IMG/VR virus record: IMGVR_UViG_2909246061_000003
Span: 1-8,684 of that record
From: a virus
Taxonomy: Duplodnaviria > Heunggongvirae > Uroviricota > Caudoviricetes
Length of the DNA stretch: 8,684 nucleotides
Direction: 5' to 3' (one strand)
The notes beneath the pieces are model-generated. The model was not told the DNA's origin. It worked only from the letters and a program-made list of their open reading frames with translations, and made no database searches. The position numbers and the translations under genes were made by a program. Below are positions 1 to 6,501 of the stretch, piece by piece (position 1 is the stretch's first letter; each line of letters starts with the position of its first letter).

Positions 1-192
1 TCAGGAGCATTTCTGATTAACACCACCGTTAAGAATCCACCCCTCAACAGCTTCACGAAGGTATGATTTGGGGTGGGTTCTGACTGGCTTCGGAAATCCG
101 TGCCGTTTGGTATAGTTCCAGATTGTCTGACGTGATGAAACACCGAGCTTGTTCATCACTTCTTTCTCAGGAATCAGGCTGGTATCGGTCAT
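1..192 (-). CDS. AlpA/Xis-family small winged-helix DNA-binding protein (putative prophage excisionase)
   Basis: Complete 63-aa ORF, ATG at 192-190 and stop at 3-1. The pattern KEV-x3-LGVS-x2-TIW-x5-GFPKPV followed by W-I is typical of HTH_17/AlpA-excisionase proteins. It lies at the distal end of the leftward early operon, where lambdoid xis genes sit. An int gene would lie left of the window. Confidence 0.7.
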   Translation of the reverse strand: MTDTSLIPEKEVMNKLGVSSRQTIWNYTKRHGFPKPVRTHPKSYLREAVEGWILNGGVNQKCS

Positions 193-204
193 CTTAATTC
201 TCCA

Positions 205-233
205 GGCAAAAAGAAACCGCCATCAGGCGGCTT
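205..233 (-). terminator. Rho-independent terminator downstream of the 55-aa ORF
   Basis: On the minus strand: AAGCCGCC-TGAT-GGCGGTTT hairpin (214-233, GC core of 5 bp) followed by CTTTTT (205-213). The stop codon of the 55-aa ORF lies in the loop. Confidence 0.6.
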
Positions 234-390
234 GGTGTTCTTTCAGTTCTTCAATTCGAATATTGGTTACGTCTGCATGCGCTATCTGCGCCCATATCAT
301 CCAGTGGTTATAGCAGTCGTTGATGCCCTCTGCTTCGATAACTCTGTTGAATGGTTCTCCATTCCATTCACCTGTGACTCGGAAGTGCAT
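223..390 (-). CDS. Small prophage protein, 55 aa, unknown function
   Basis: Not in the supplied ORF track because it is under 60 aa. ATG at 390-388, TGA at 225-223. Translation: MHFRVTGEWNGEPFNRVIEAEGINDCYNHWMIWAQIAHADVTNIRIEELKEHQAA. GGAG lies 7 nt upstream of the ATG, and a terminator follows immediately. Confidence 0.55.
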   Translation of the reverse strand: MHFRVTGEWNGEPFNRVIEAEGINDCYNHWMIWAQIAHADVTNIRIEELKEHQAA

Positions 391-402
391 TTATCATCTC
401 CA

Positions 403-459
403 TAAAACAAAACTCGCCGTAGCGAGTTCAGATAAAAGAAAACCCGCACTCGGCGGGTT
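403..459 (-). terminator. Tandem rho-independent terminators (minus strand)
   Basis: Hairpin B: AACCCGC / GCGGGTT (441-447 / 453-459), followed on the minus strand by TTCTTTTAT. Hairpin A: AACTCGC / GCGAGTT (411-417 / 422-428), followed by TTGTTTTA. Neither has a T-run on the plus strand, so both are minus-specific. Confidence 0.6.
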
Positions 460-479
460 CGCATTCGTTCAAATTGCGT

Positions 480-761
480 TTACTTCTTGGCGTTCTGTTC
501 ATCCATATCGATATACCATGGGTTGCTTCCCTTGGGCATGTTTAACGACTGCTCGCGATAGTATCTGATGCGCTCCATGAAATACTCGCGTGAGTGCTCA
601 GGTTGCTCTCATGATACCTGCTCAGTGATAACAGGTATGTTAAGGCGCTCTCTGTACTCCATGCCTGATGCTGCAAGGTCAACGTTTACCTTGTTCTGTT
701 TTTCTTTCGATTTCTCGGCGATGTTATGCCTGACATTGTCAACCCGCCTCCTTCTGAACAT
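480..761 (-). pseudogene. Small early-left ORF interrupted by one in-frame TGA (50 codons + stop + 42 codons)
   Basis: ATG at 761 to TGA at 611-609 gives MFRRRRVDNVRHNIAEKSKEKQNKVNVDLAASGMEYRERLNIPVITEQVS. The same frame continues to TAA at 482-480 as EQPEHSREYFMERIRYYREQSLNMPKGSNPWYIDMDEQNAKK. The distal part has only an internal ATG (578) with no Shine-Dalgarno. The 5' end overlaps the upstream 80-aa ORF by 23 nt. Confidence 0.4.
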
Positions 762-981
762 AACGGTTATAAATCAGTCCCTGAGGGCCATAAGGAAGCG
801 GGATGTGCAACTCCTCTGGTTCAGAAACTATCCATTCTCCGGCCATCTCCGCTGGAGAGGTAATGATAAGTTGTTTGCTAATAAAAGGACCACTCCTCTC
901 AACAACAAGCTTACCATCTTCATTAATAAAAGCTTGGATGTCAGGTGTGCTTCCACACTTGGTGATGCAGCGTTTGAACAT
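739..981 (-). CDS. Hypothetical prophage protein, 80 aa
   Basis: Track ORF 739..1023, trimmed to ATG 981 (MFKRCITKCGSTPDIQ...). That ATG is preceded by a GGGGGGA purine tract 7 nt upstream. The longer version would begin inside the putative promoter. I recognise no family. Confidence 0.5.
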   Translation of the reverse strand: MFKRCITKCGSTPDIQAFINEDGKLVVERSGPFISKQLIITSPAEMAGEWIVSEPEELHIPLPYGPQGLIYNRYVQKEAG

Positions 982-1011
982 TTTGTGTCCCCCCATTTTA
1001 TGTACGGGGTA

Positions 1012-1041
1012 ATTATAACACATTGAAATATAGTAATATTT
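1012..1041 (-). promoter_or_regulatory. Candidate extended -10 promoter with an upstream AT palindrome, driving the 80-aa ORF
   Basis: The minus strand reads TGTTATAAT (TGn + TATAAT; plus coordinates 1012-1020) about 30 nt upstream of ATG 981. The palindrome AAATAT-AGTA-ATATTT (1026-1041) occupies the -35/spacer region. I found no good -35 hexamer. Confidence 0.35.
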
Positions 1042-1107
1042 GACGTAGATTTCTTTTGATCTATAAGCGATTTTTTAATGCTTTTAAGTTATAAATACTT
1101 GTTTTCA

Positions 1108-1524
1108 TCACCCATCTTGCTGCGGTGCTACTATTGAAAAGTGCTCACACCCTTTAGCCCAAATAGTTTTGATAGTTGTCCAACTGACTGGAACCTTGAT
1201 TTCGATTCTCCCGCTACAGTCACAAGTTTCGCAATCATCATCACCAAAGCATTCCGGGCAGCTTATAAACGTAGTTTCTGAAAATTCACCGGATAGCACA
1301 CCCTTAGCGCCGTTCTCGGCTGTTAGTCTCTTCGGCACCATGACCCAACCATCCGGAATTACCGGAGAGTTGCCGGGTTCTTTAATGTGCAAGCGAGGCT
1401 CACCATCTTTTGGCTCAGGCCACTGGCGCTCCATGTTGATCTTCAATTTATCTTCCATAGCAGCGGTAATTTCAGCATCGCTGATGCCAGCACGGCGCTG
1501 TGCATCCCACAACAGGAAATGCAT
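1108..1524 (-). pseudogene. Ead/Ea22-like early protein, 5'-truncated fragment
   Basis: The 138-aa ORF begins mid-domain. From memory, ..CMHFLLWDAQRRAGISDAEITAAMEDKLKINMERQWPEP resembles the C-terminal half of the MazG-like DUF550 module of lambdoid Ea22-type proteins. A Cys-rich module follows (CPEC..CETCDC). The frame stays open upstream to 1554 with no further start. Lambda-like nutR sequence begins at about 1565, so the 5' part was deleted. Confidence 0.55.
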
Positions 1525-1566
1525 ACAGTACGGAACTAAACGCGGAAAAGCCGCTTAAGACATTCC

Positions 1567-1598
1567 CGCTCTTACACATCCCAGCCCTGAAAAAGGGC
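1567..1598 (+). promoter_or_regulatory. nutR site (boxA CGCTCTTA + boxB GCCCTGAAAAAGGGC)
   Basis: boxA is at 1567-1574. The boxB hairpin GCCCT-GAAAA-AGGGC is at 1584-1598. Both match lambda nutR as I recall it, and so does the flanking sequence up to the cII start. Confidence 0.8.
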
Positions 1599-1677
1599 AT
1601 CAAATTAAACCACACCTATGGTGTATGCATTTATTTGCATACATTCAATCAATTGTTATCTAAGGAAATACTTACAT
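1599..1677 (+). terminator. tR1-like Rho-dependent terminator region
   Basis: The segment ATCAAATTAAACCACACCTATGGTGTATGCATTTATTTGCATACATTCAATCAATTGTTATCTAAGG matches my recollection of the lambda nutR-cII interval, which carries tR1. A Rho-dependent terminator cannot be proven from sequence alone. Confidence 0.45.
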
Positions 1678-1700
1678 ATGCAACTTACAAGTACTCGCAA
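1668..1700 (-). promoter_or_regulatory. PRE-like CII-dependent promoter
   Basis: The minus strand reads TTGC-GAGTAC-TTGT (plus 1687-1700), then 13 nt, then AAGTAT (plus 1668-1673). The architecture and spacing match lambda PRE (TTGC-N6-TTGC, 13 nt, AAGTAT). The second repeat is TTGT rather than TTGC. Confidence 0.5.
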
Positions 1701-1956
1701 GAAAGCGAATGCAATTACAAGCAACATCCTGAATCGAATTGCTGTACGTGGTCAGCGAAAGGTTGCCGACGCGTTAGGGGTTAATGAATCGCAAATTTCG
1801 CGATGGAAAGACAGCTTCATCCCCAAAATGGGAATGCTTCTGGCTGTTCTTGAATGGGGTGTTGAAGACGAGGAGTTGGCGGAACTGGCTAAGCAAGTAG
1901 CCAGAATGCTGACAAAAGAAAAAGCCCCGAAGAACGGCGAATTCTTCGAGGCCTGA
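1678..1956 (+). CDS. cII: Lambda CII-family transcriptional activator
   Basis: 92 aa from ATG 1678, with AAGGA upstream in the same context as lambda cII. VADALGVNESQISRWKDSFIPKMGMLLAVLEWGV aligns with lambda CII AEAVGVDKSQISRWKRDWIPKFSMLLAVLEWGV. The track start at 1618 is an upstream extension into tR1 and is rejected. Confidence 0.9.
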   Translation: MQLTSTRKKANAITSNILNRIAVRGQRKVADALGVNESQISRWKDSFIPKMGMLLAVLEWGVEDEELAELAKQVARMLTKEKAPKNGEFFEA

Positions 1957-1990
1957 TGTAGAAAGACTGGATCAATCCACAGGAGTAATT

Positions 1991-2152
1991 ATGACAAAAC
2001 GTCGTAAGAAATACCAGGAAAAAGAAGAGATTCGACACCCTGATTCACCTGAGGGATTAGTGGTAGCCGCAGCAAATAACAGGGCGTTCGCAGAACGCCT
2101 TGTTGGTGTTTACAGACTAGCCAAAGCAGGAGTGAAACATGGGCGTCGTTAA
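1991..2152 (+). CDS. Hypothetical basic 53-aa protein between cII and O
   Basis: Not in the track. CAGGAGTAATT-ATG at 1991, TAA at 2150-2152. Translation: MTKRRKKYQEKEEIRHPDSPEGLVVAAANNRAFAERLVGVYRLAKAGVKHGRR. It overlaps the O-like start by 14 nt. Its SD and first codons resemble the lambda O initiation region. Confidence 0.45.
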   Translation: MTKRRKKYQEKEEIRHPDSPEGLVVAAANNRAFAERLVGVYRLAKAGVKHGRR

Positions 2153-2936
2153 GTTAGCTGATTACAGGCCTCAACTGGAGGTCGTGGAGCATCGCGTGGC
2201 AGATACCGAAGATGGTTTCATGCGCATTGCTAACGAGATTACCGACAGTCTGCTGATGGCTGATTTAACCGTCCGGCAGTTGAAGGTGATGCTCGCTATC
2301 ATGCGCAAGACATACGGATTCAATAAGCCGATGGATCGACTCACAAACACGCAGATAGCAGCCATGACAGGTATTCATCACACTCATGTTTGCGCTGCCA
2401 AGCGCCAGCTTATCGAGCGTAAATTCCTCATTGCTGATGGCGTGAAAATCGGAGTGAACAAGGTGGTTTCTCAGTGGATTAGCCAGGACAGCTTAACATT
2501 AGCTAAAACAGCTAATAAAACATTAGCCAAGTCGGCTAATGGGTATAAGCCAAGTCAGCTAAACACAAAAGACAATATACAAAAGACAATAAATACAAAT
2601 ACCCCCTTACCCCCTAACGGGGGCGGCGATGGGCAGGTTAAACCTGAACGTCGCAAGGCAGAACGAATCGACTACGAATCCTTCCTGAACGCCTACAACA
2701 CCGAAGTCGGTGACAGACTGCCACACGCTGTTGCGGTCAACGAGAAACGCAAACGCCGCCTGAAGAAAATCATCCCGCAACTGAAAACGCCAAACGTGGA
2801 CGGTTTCAGAGCGTATGTCAGGGCGTTTGTGCATCAGGCCAAGCCGTTTTACTTCGGAGACAACGACACGGGCTGGACGGCCGATTTTGATTACCTGCTG
2901 AGGGAAGACTCGTTAACGGGAGTTCGGGAAGCGTAG
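2139..2936 (+). CDS. Lambda O-family replication initiator, with non-lambda C-terminal domain
   Basis: 265 aa, with AGGAG upstream of ATG 2139. The N-terminal domain aligns along its length with lambda O (RQLKVMLAIMRKTYGFNKPMDRLTNTQI vs RQFKVLLAILRKTYGWNKPMDRITDSQL). Iterons are embedded in the gene. The C-terminal part (..FYFGDNDTGWTADFDYLLRED..) is unlike lambda O. The last codons and the stop lie in sequence that looks like the lambda Q 5' region, so the 3' end is probably junction-derived. Confidence 0.85.
   Translation: MGVVKLADYRPQLEVVEHRVADTEDGFMRIANEITDSLLMADLTVRQLKVMLAIMRKTYGFNKPMDRLTNTQIAAMTGIHHTHVCAAKRQLIERKFLIADGVKIGVNKVVSQWISQDSLTLAKTANKTLAKSANGYKPSQLNTKDNIQKTINTNTPLPPNGGGDGQVKPERRKAERIDYESFLNAYNTEVGDRLPHAVAVNEKRKRRLKKIIPQLKTPNVDGFRAYVRAFVHQAKPFYFGDNDTGWTADFDYLLREDSLTGVREA
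2479..2600 (+). repeat. ori-lambda-type origin: four palindromic iterons plus an AT-rich tract
   Basis: The iterons are TTAGCCAGGACAGCTTAA (2479-2496), TTAGCTAAAACAGCTAA (2499-2515), TTAGCCAAGTCGGCTAA (2523-2539) and TAAGCCAAGTCAGCTAA (2546-2562). They are spaced 20-24 bp apart. An A-rich tract (2563-2600) follows and contains a 13-bp direct repeat, ACAAAAGACAATA, at 2565-2577 and 2579-2591. The layout inside the O gene is the same as in lambda. Confidence 0.7.
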
Positions 2937-2962
2937 CTAAATTTCATTCGCCAAAAAGCCCG

Positions 2963-3541
2963 ATGATGAGCGACTCACCACGGGCTACGGCTTCTGACTC
3001 TCTTTCCGGTACTGATGTGATGGCTGCTATGGGGATGGCGCAATCACAAGCCGGATTCGGTATGGCTGCATTCTGTGGTAAGCACGAACTCAGCCAGAAC
3101 GACAAACAAAAGGCTATCAACTATCTGATGCAATTTGCACACAAGGTATCGGGGAAATACCGTGGTGTGGCAAAGATCGAAGGAAATACTAAGGCAAAGG
3201 TACTGCAAGTGCTCGCAACATTCGCTTATGCGGATTATTGCCGTAGTGCCGCGACGCCGGGGGCAAGATGCAGAGATTGCCACGGTACAGGCCGTGTGGT
3301 TGATATAGCAAAAACAGAGCAGTGGGGGAGAGTTGTTGAGAAAGAGTGCGGAAGATGCAAAGGTGTCGGCTATTCAAGGATGCCAGCAAGCGCCGCATAT
3401 CGCGCTGTAACGATGCTAATTCCAAACCTCACCCAACCCACCTGGTCACGCACTGTTAAGCCGCTGTATGACGCTCTGGTGGTGCAATGCCACAAAGAAG
3501 AGTCAATCGCAGACAACATTTTGAACGCGGTCACACGTTAG
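2963..3541 (+). CDS. Q: Late-gene antiterminator Q (lambda Q type), missing the first ~15 codons
   Basis: The 192-aa product is near-identical to my recollection of lambda Q residues 16-207 (MMSDSPRATASDSLSGTDVMAAMGMAQSQAGFGMAAFCGKHELSQNDKQ...CRDCHGTGR...CGRCKGVGY...NILNAVTR). The Q frame upstream reads ..SVAKFHSPKSP, as in lambda, but has no start codon back to the stop at 2888-2890. ATG 2963 has no SD. Confidence 0.85.
   Translation: MMSDSPRATASDSLSGTDVMAAMGMAQSQAGFGMAAFCGKHELSQNDKQKAINYLMQFAHKVSGKYRGVAKIEGNTKAKVLQVLATFAYADYCRSAATPGARCRDCHGTGRVVDIAKTEQWGRVVEKECGRCKGVGYSRMPASAAYRAVTMLIPNLTQPTWSRTVKPLYDALVVQCHKEESIADNILNAVTR
3186..3218 (-). promoter_or_regulatory. PaQ-like CII-dependent antisense promoter inside Q
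   Basis: The minus strand reads TTGC-GAGCAC-TTGC (plus 3205-3218), then 13 nt, then TAGTAT (plus 3186-3191). This is the CII tetrad-repeat architecture, located where lambda PaQ is known to sit. Confidence 0.55.
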
Positions 3542-3583
3542 CAGCATGATTGCCACGGATGGCAACATATTAACGGCATAATA

Positions 3584-3625
3584 TTGACTTTTTGAATAAA
3601 GTTGGGTAAATTTGACATCAACGAT
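3584..3625 (+). promoter_or_regulatory. Late promoter PR' with Q-binding/qut region and sigma-dependent pause element
   Basis: TTGACT (3584-3589), a 17-nt spacer TTTTGAATAAAGTTGGG, TAAATT (3607-3612), then the -10-like AACGAT at 3620-3625. This nearly matches lambda PR'/qut as I recall it. Confidence 0.8.
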
Positions 3626-3647
3626 GGATAAATGCACTCGTTAAATA

Positions 3648-3677
3648 AAGCCCTGAGTTAATAGCTCTGGGCTTTTT
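3648..3677 (+). terminator. Rho-independent terminator ~30-60 nt downstream of the PR' start (tR'-like, short leader RNA)
   Basis: AAAGCCCTGAG / CTCTGGGCTTT stem (one T:T mismatch) with loop TTAATAG, followed by the T5 run at 3673-3677. It would give a transcript of about 58 nt from about 3620. Confidence 0.65.
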
Positions 3678-3957
3678 GCGTTTTAAGCACGGCCTTTCTG
3701 AAAGCACATCAAACCAAATACCAGACAGACAATACCCTCACCTTATAGGGACACTTGCTTCAACAGGAGGGACGGTTAGGACCGCCATCCTATATGGGAC
3801 GACCGCCAATAGAACCACGGCCACGGTAATAGAACTCTTCAGAGATGGCACAGTCGCTGCCGGGCATACTTTTACGCTGAGAGATATTTCTTTTGGAGAC
3901 AGCAGGGCTCTAGGGGCTGATTTTGGAGGCTCCTTCGGGAATCTGTATAAGTTCTAA
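3649..3957 (+). pseudogene. Start-less open frame, possible 3' remnant of a late (tail fibre/spike?) gene
   Basis: The frame is open from 3649 to TAA 3955-3957. It contains no ATG at all, and the only start is a TTG inside the terminator. The peptide is Gly/Thr-rich (..GTLASTGGTVRTAILYGTTANRTTATVIELFRDGTVAAGHTFTLRD..). It converges on gtrC, as tail genes do in gtr-carrying phages. The functional assignment is a guess. Confidence 0.3.
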
Positions 3958-3958
3958 T

Positions 3959-3976
3959 CGGCCGCATCAGCGGCCG
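3959..3976. terminator. GC-rich hairpin between convergent units
   Basis: CGGCCGC-ATCA-GCGGCCG, a 7-bp stem. It lies 1 nt after the plus-frame stop and 7 nt beyond the gtrC stop. There is a weak T-rich run on the plus side (TATCTCTTT) and none on the minus side. Confidence 0.45.
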
Positions 3977-3983
3977 TATCTCT

Positions 3984-5585
3984 TTACAGATAAGCGACGA
4001 AATAGCCGTCAATTTTCTTTATTTTAAGTTTGTCGCCATAGATGGATAGGGGCTTCTTGAGCCATGTATCGTCTGTGGCGACATATATCTCATTATTCCT
4101 TAGCGTACCCTTAGCCTTAATTTCGGCTATATATCTTTTGTTATTATCTATCGCTGCTTTGTCTGCTCTAGCAAAATACCCAAAATTAAGTTTCATTTTT
4201 TCTGAAGAAGCAAATTCAGCAAATGGGAGCCAATGTCTTAAGCTGAACTCATCGTAATCAGTGGTTATGATAGTGTCCTTCCCTTTGGAGATGACTTCCC
4301 ACTCTTTACTCAACATTTGAGAGCTGTATGGCTTACCAGTATATATCTCTCGAACGGCTTTGAAAAAGTTGCTTTCATCCGCCACTGATATTAATAGAAT
4401 AGGGAGCAAGACATAAGCAGAACTTTTCGAGGTTTTTGCTAAGTATGCCAAAACAATCAACATCAAGATCATCGTCACCGGCCAGAAGAACCGACCAGAA
4501 GAGCGAAAAACGCCACCAACCTTCATGAGAAAGTCATTCATTGGAATTTCAATGAGATTAAATCCATAAAAGTTAATTCGATAAGTTATAGAAACGGCAG
4601 CCAGAACTAAACAGAAGTACAATACAGGAGATTTTATAATTCTCCTGAAATCTATGGACTTTCTTAAAGAGGAGTCTATCAGCATAAACAAAAATAGCGT
4701 GATGATGCCTAATCCTAGATAATTTATACCCTCAAAGTTAGCCTGTTGACTCCCATGACTCAAGATAAGATGTGAGTATCTCTGGTCTCCTGGGTTGAAC
4801 CAGCCGGCAAGATCCATGTTAAGGAATCCGAATCCAGGGTATGGGTCAGAGCCTTTAATAACAAAGTATCCGGTAGCATACATTGCGAGAAATATTAACA
4901 CAGAGTAACACGCGAAAAAGAATGCCGATCTTTTTAAAGATAAACGGTTTGTGTTCAGTTTGTTTAAAATGTCAAATGCAAAAATTAAATACACCATTAT
5001 CAGCAAATATGCATGAATGGTGACTGAGAGAACTAAAATAGCAGCCCATCTTTTAAAGCAAAAAGACCTATTGATATAAAGGTAAAATCCAAAAAGAATT
5101 AGCCACTGAGCGCCTAATGCAAAGTGACCACCGGCACGATTTAAGAATATTGGTGCAATGCAGAAGAAGCATGAACCTATTGCAGAGAATATCTCATCCT
5201 TTGTTAACTTACGAAGAACCAAATACGCAGAAAACGTCATAAGCACAAAGCAAAGATACATCCAAAGCCCGTGATATTGAAATCTGGCGGGGAGAAAGTC
5301 GCTAAAAGGCTTGAATATGAAGGCCATAATTGGGATTGAGTCGGTGTAAACGATAGACCCACCTACACCCATCCCATAGTTATAATTTAGGCCAAGGGGC
5401 CACTGCAACAACGGAGTATTTCGGAAGAAATTCCATCCTGACCAGCTTTGACCAGGATCACCTATCATAAGCCATCCAACTCTTTTGAAGTCCAGCACAT
5501 TCACACCAACATACATAGCAAACATTGATGTCGTGAATATAAACATAAATAAGGACGCTAAAATCCTTTTTTGTGCCTTAGTCAT
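3984..5585 (-). CDS. GtrC-type serotype-specific O-antigen glycosyltransferase (polytopic membrane protein)
   Basis: 533 aa, the third gene of a gtrA-gtrB-X operon, overlapping gtrB by 8 nt. It has many hydrophobic segments, loop motifs such as [14 protein letters not shown] and [10 protein letters not shown], and a hydrophilic C-terminal domain of about 130 aa. The DNA is strongly AT-rich. Acceptor and linkage specificity cannot be read from the sequence. Confidence 0.8.
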   Translation of the reverse strand: MTKAQKRILASLFMFIFTTSMFAMYVGVNVLDFKRVGWLMIGDPGQSWSGWNFFRNTPLLQWPLGLNYNYGMGVGGSIVYTDSIPIMAFIFKPFSDFLPARFQYHGLWMYLCFVLMTFSAYLVLRKLTKDEIFSAIGSCFFCIAPIFLNRAGGHFALGAQWLILFGFYLYINRSFCFKRWAAILVLSVTIHAYLLIMVYLIFAFDILNKLNTNRLSLKRSAFFFACYSVLIFLAMYATGYFVIKGSDPYPGFGFLNMDLAGWFNPGDQRYSHLILSHGSQQANFEGINYLGLGIITLFLFMLIDSSLRKSIDFRRIIKSPVLYFCLVLAAVSITYRINFYGFNLIEIPMNDFLMKVGGVFRSSGRFFWPVTMILMLIVLAYLAKTSKSSAYVLLPILLISVADESNFFKAVREIYTGKPYSSQMLSKEWEVISKGKDTIITTDYDEFSLRHWLPFAEFASSEKMKLNFGYFARADKAAIDNNKRYIAEIKAKGTLRNNEIYVATDDTWLKKPLSIYGDKLKIKKIDGYFVAYL

Positions 5586-6501
5586 TGTGTTTATTCCTTA
5601 AGATGTAACGAGGCCTAGCCTTGACTTCAATATATATTCTTCCGATATATTCACCAAGAACGCCAATGCCGATAAGTTGAATCCCGCCCAAGAACAGGAT
5701 TGAAACAAGGAGTGAAGGATATCCTCTCACGGCATTTCCAAATGCAATAGTATCGATGATCATCCAGGCTCCGTAGATAAATGCAAGCCCAGCGACTAGT
5801 AATCCAATATAAGTCCACATACGTAGAGGGAATGTAGAAAAGCTAGTAATCCCTTCTAGAGCTAAATTCCAAAGCTTCCAGCCATTAAACTTTGTGCAAC
5901 CAGCGACTCGCTCAGCTCTGGCGTATTCTACTACATCTGTTTTCCCGCCAACCCAAGACAAAACGCCCTTCATGAACAAGTTTCTTTCTGGCATTAGTTT
6001 GATATTTTCTACCACTTCTCGTGACATTAAACGGAAGTCACCGACGTTCTCTTCAATTTTGGGATTGCTGATTTTATTGTGTAGCTTATAGAACCACTCA
6101 GCTGATTTTCGCTTTAAACGACCGTCAGTAGACCTGTCTGTACGTTTGGCCAGAACCATATCCGCCCCAGCCTGCCACTTCTCAATTAGGTGGGGGATTA
6201 CTTCAATTGGGTCCTGCAGATCTACATCAATCGGAATGACCGCGTCGCCTGTAGCTTGGTCAAGGCCAGCAAACAAAGCCGGTTCCTTTCCGAAGTTACG
6301 CGTGAAGGAGAGAGGAACTACGAGTGGGTCAGCAATGGCAAGCGCGTTAATAATTGATTCTGTAGCGTCTTTGCTACCGTCGTTAATGAAGACTATTTCG
6401 ACTTCATGCTGCTGAAGCCCTTCAAATTCCCGCACGGTTTTATAGAAGATTGGAATTGCTTCCTCTTCATTAAACACAGGAACGACCAGAGAAATTTTCA
6501 T
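5578..6501 (-). CDS. gtrB: Bactoprenol (undecaprenyl-phosphate) glucosyltransferase GtrB, GT2 family
   Basis: 307 aa. [17 protein letters not shown]...INDGSKD...PIDVDLQDP, plus two C-terminal TM segments, is the classic GtrB/GT2 signature. There is an ATGA overlap with gtrA (6498-6501). Confidence 0.95.
   Translation of the reverse strand: MKISLVVPVFNEEEAIPIFYKTVREFEGLQQHEVEIVFINDGSKDATESIINALAIADPLVVPLSFTRNFGKEPALFAGLDQATGDAVIPIDVDLQDPIEVIPHLIEKWQAGADMVLAKRTDRSTDGRLKRKSAEWFYKLHNKISNPKIEENVGDFRLMSREVVENIKLMPERNLFMKGVLSWVGGKTDVVEYARAERVAGCTKFNGWKLWNLALEGITSFSTFPLRMWTYIGLLVAGLAFIYGAWMIIDTIAFGNAVRGYPSLLVSILFLGGIQLIGIGVLGEYIGRIYIEVKARPRYILRNKHND

Noticed and set aside
560-640. Selenocysteine insertion or programmed read-through at TGA 611-609
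   Set aside because: Downstream of the TGA in the mRNA sense, the only structure is a 4-bp stem. The stronger hairpin lies upstream of the stop. A nonsense mutation is more parsimonious.
320-1026. Plus-strand track ORFs 320..568, 568..1026 and 803..1012
   Set aside because: They start at weak or alternative codons without an RBS and have odd Cys/Ser/Leu-rich composition. They run through minus-strand terminator hairpins. They lie antisense to minus-strand ORFs that have SDs, overlaps and terminators. I treat them as shadow ORFs.
1169-1784. Plus-strand track ORFs 1169..1558 and 1500..1784, and the 1618 start of the cII ORF
   Set aside because: The first is antisense to the Ea22-like fragment. 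The second spans nutR/tR1 non-coding sequence in a different frame from cII. The cII homology and the lambda-like RBS begin at ATG 1678.
2171-3425. Minus-strand ORFs inside the O-like gene (2171..2365, 2607..2834) and inside Q (3044..3283, 3189..3425)
   Set aside because: They lie entirely within well-supported plus-strand genes, with no RBS and no recognisable family.
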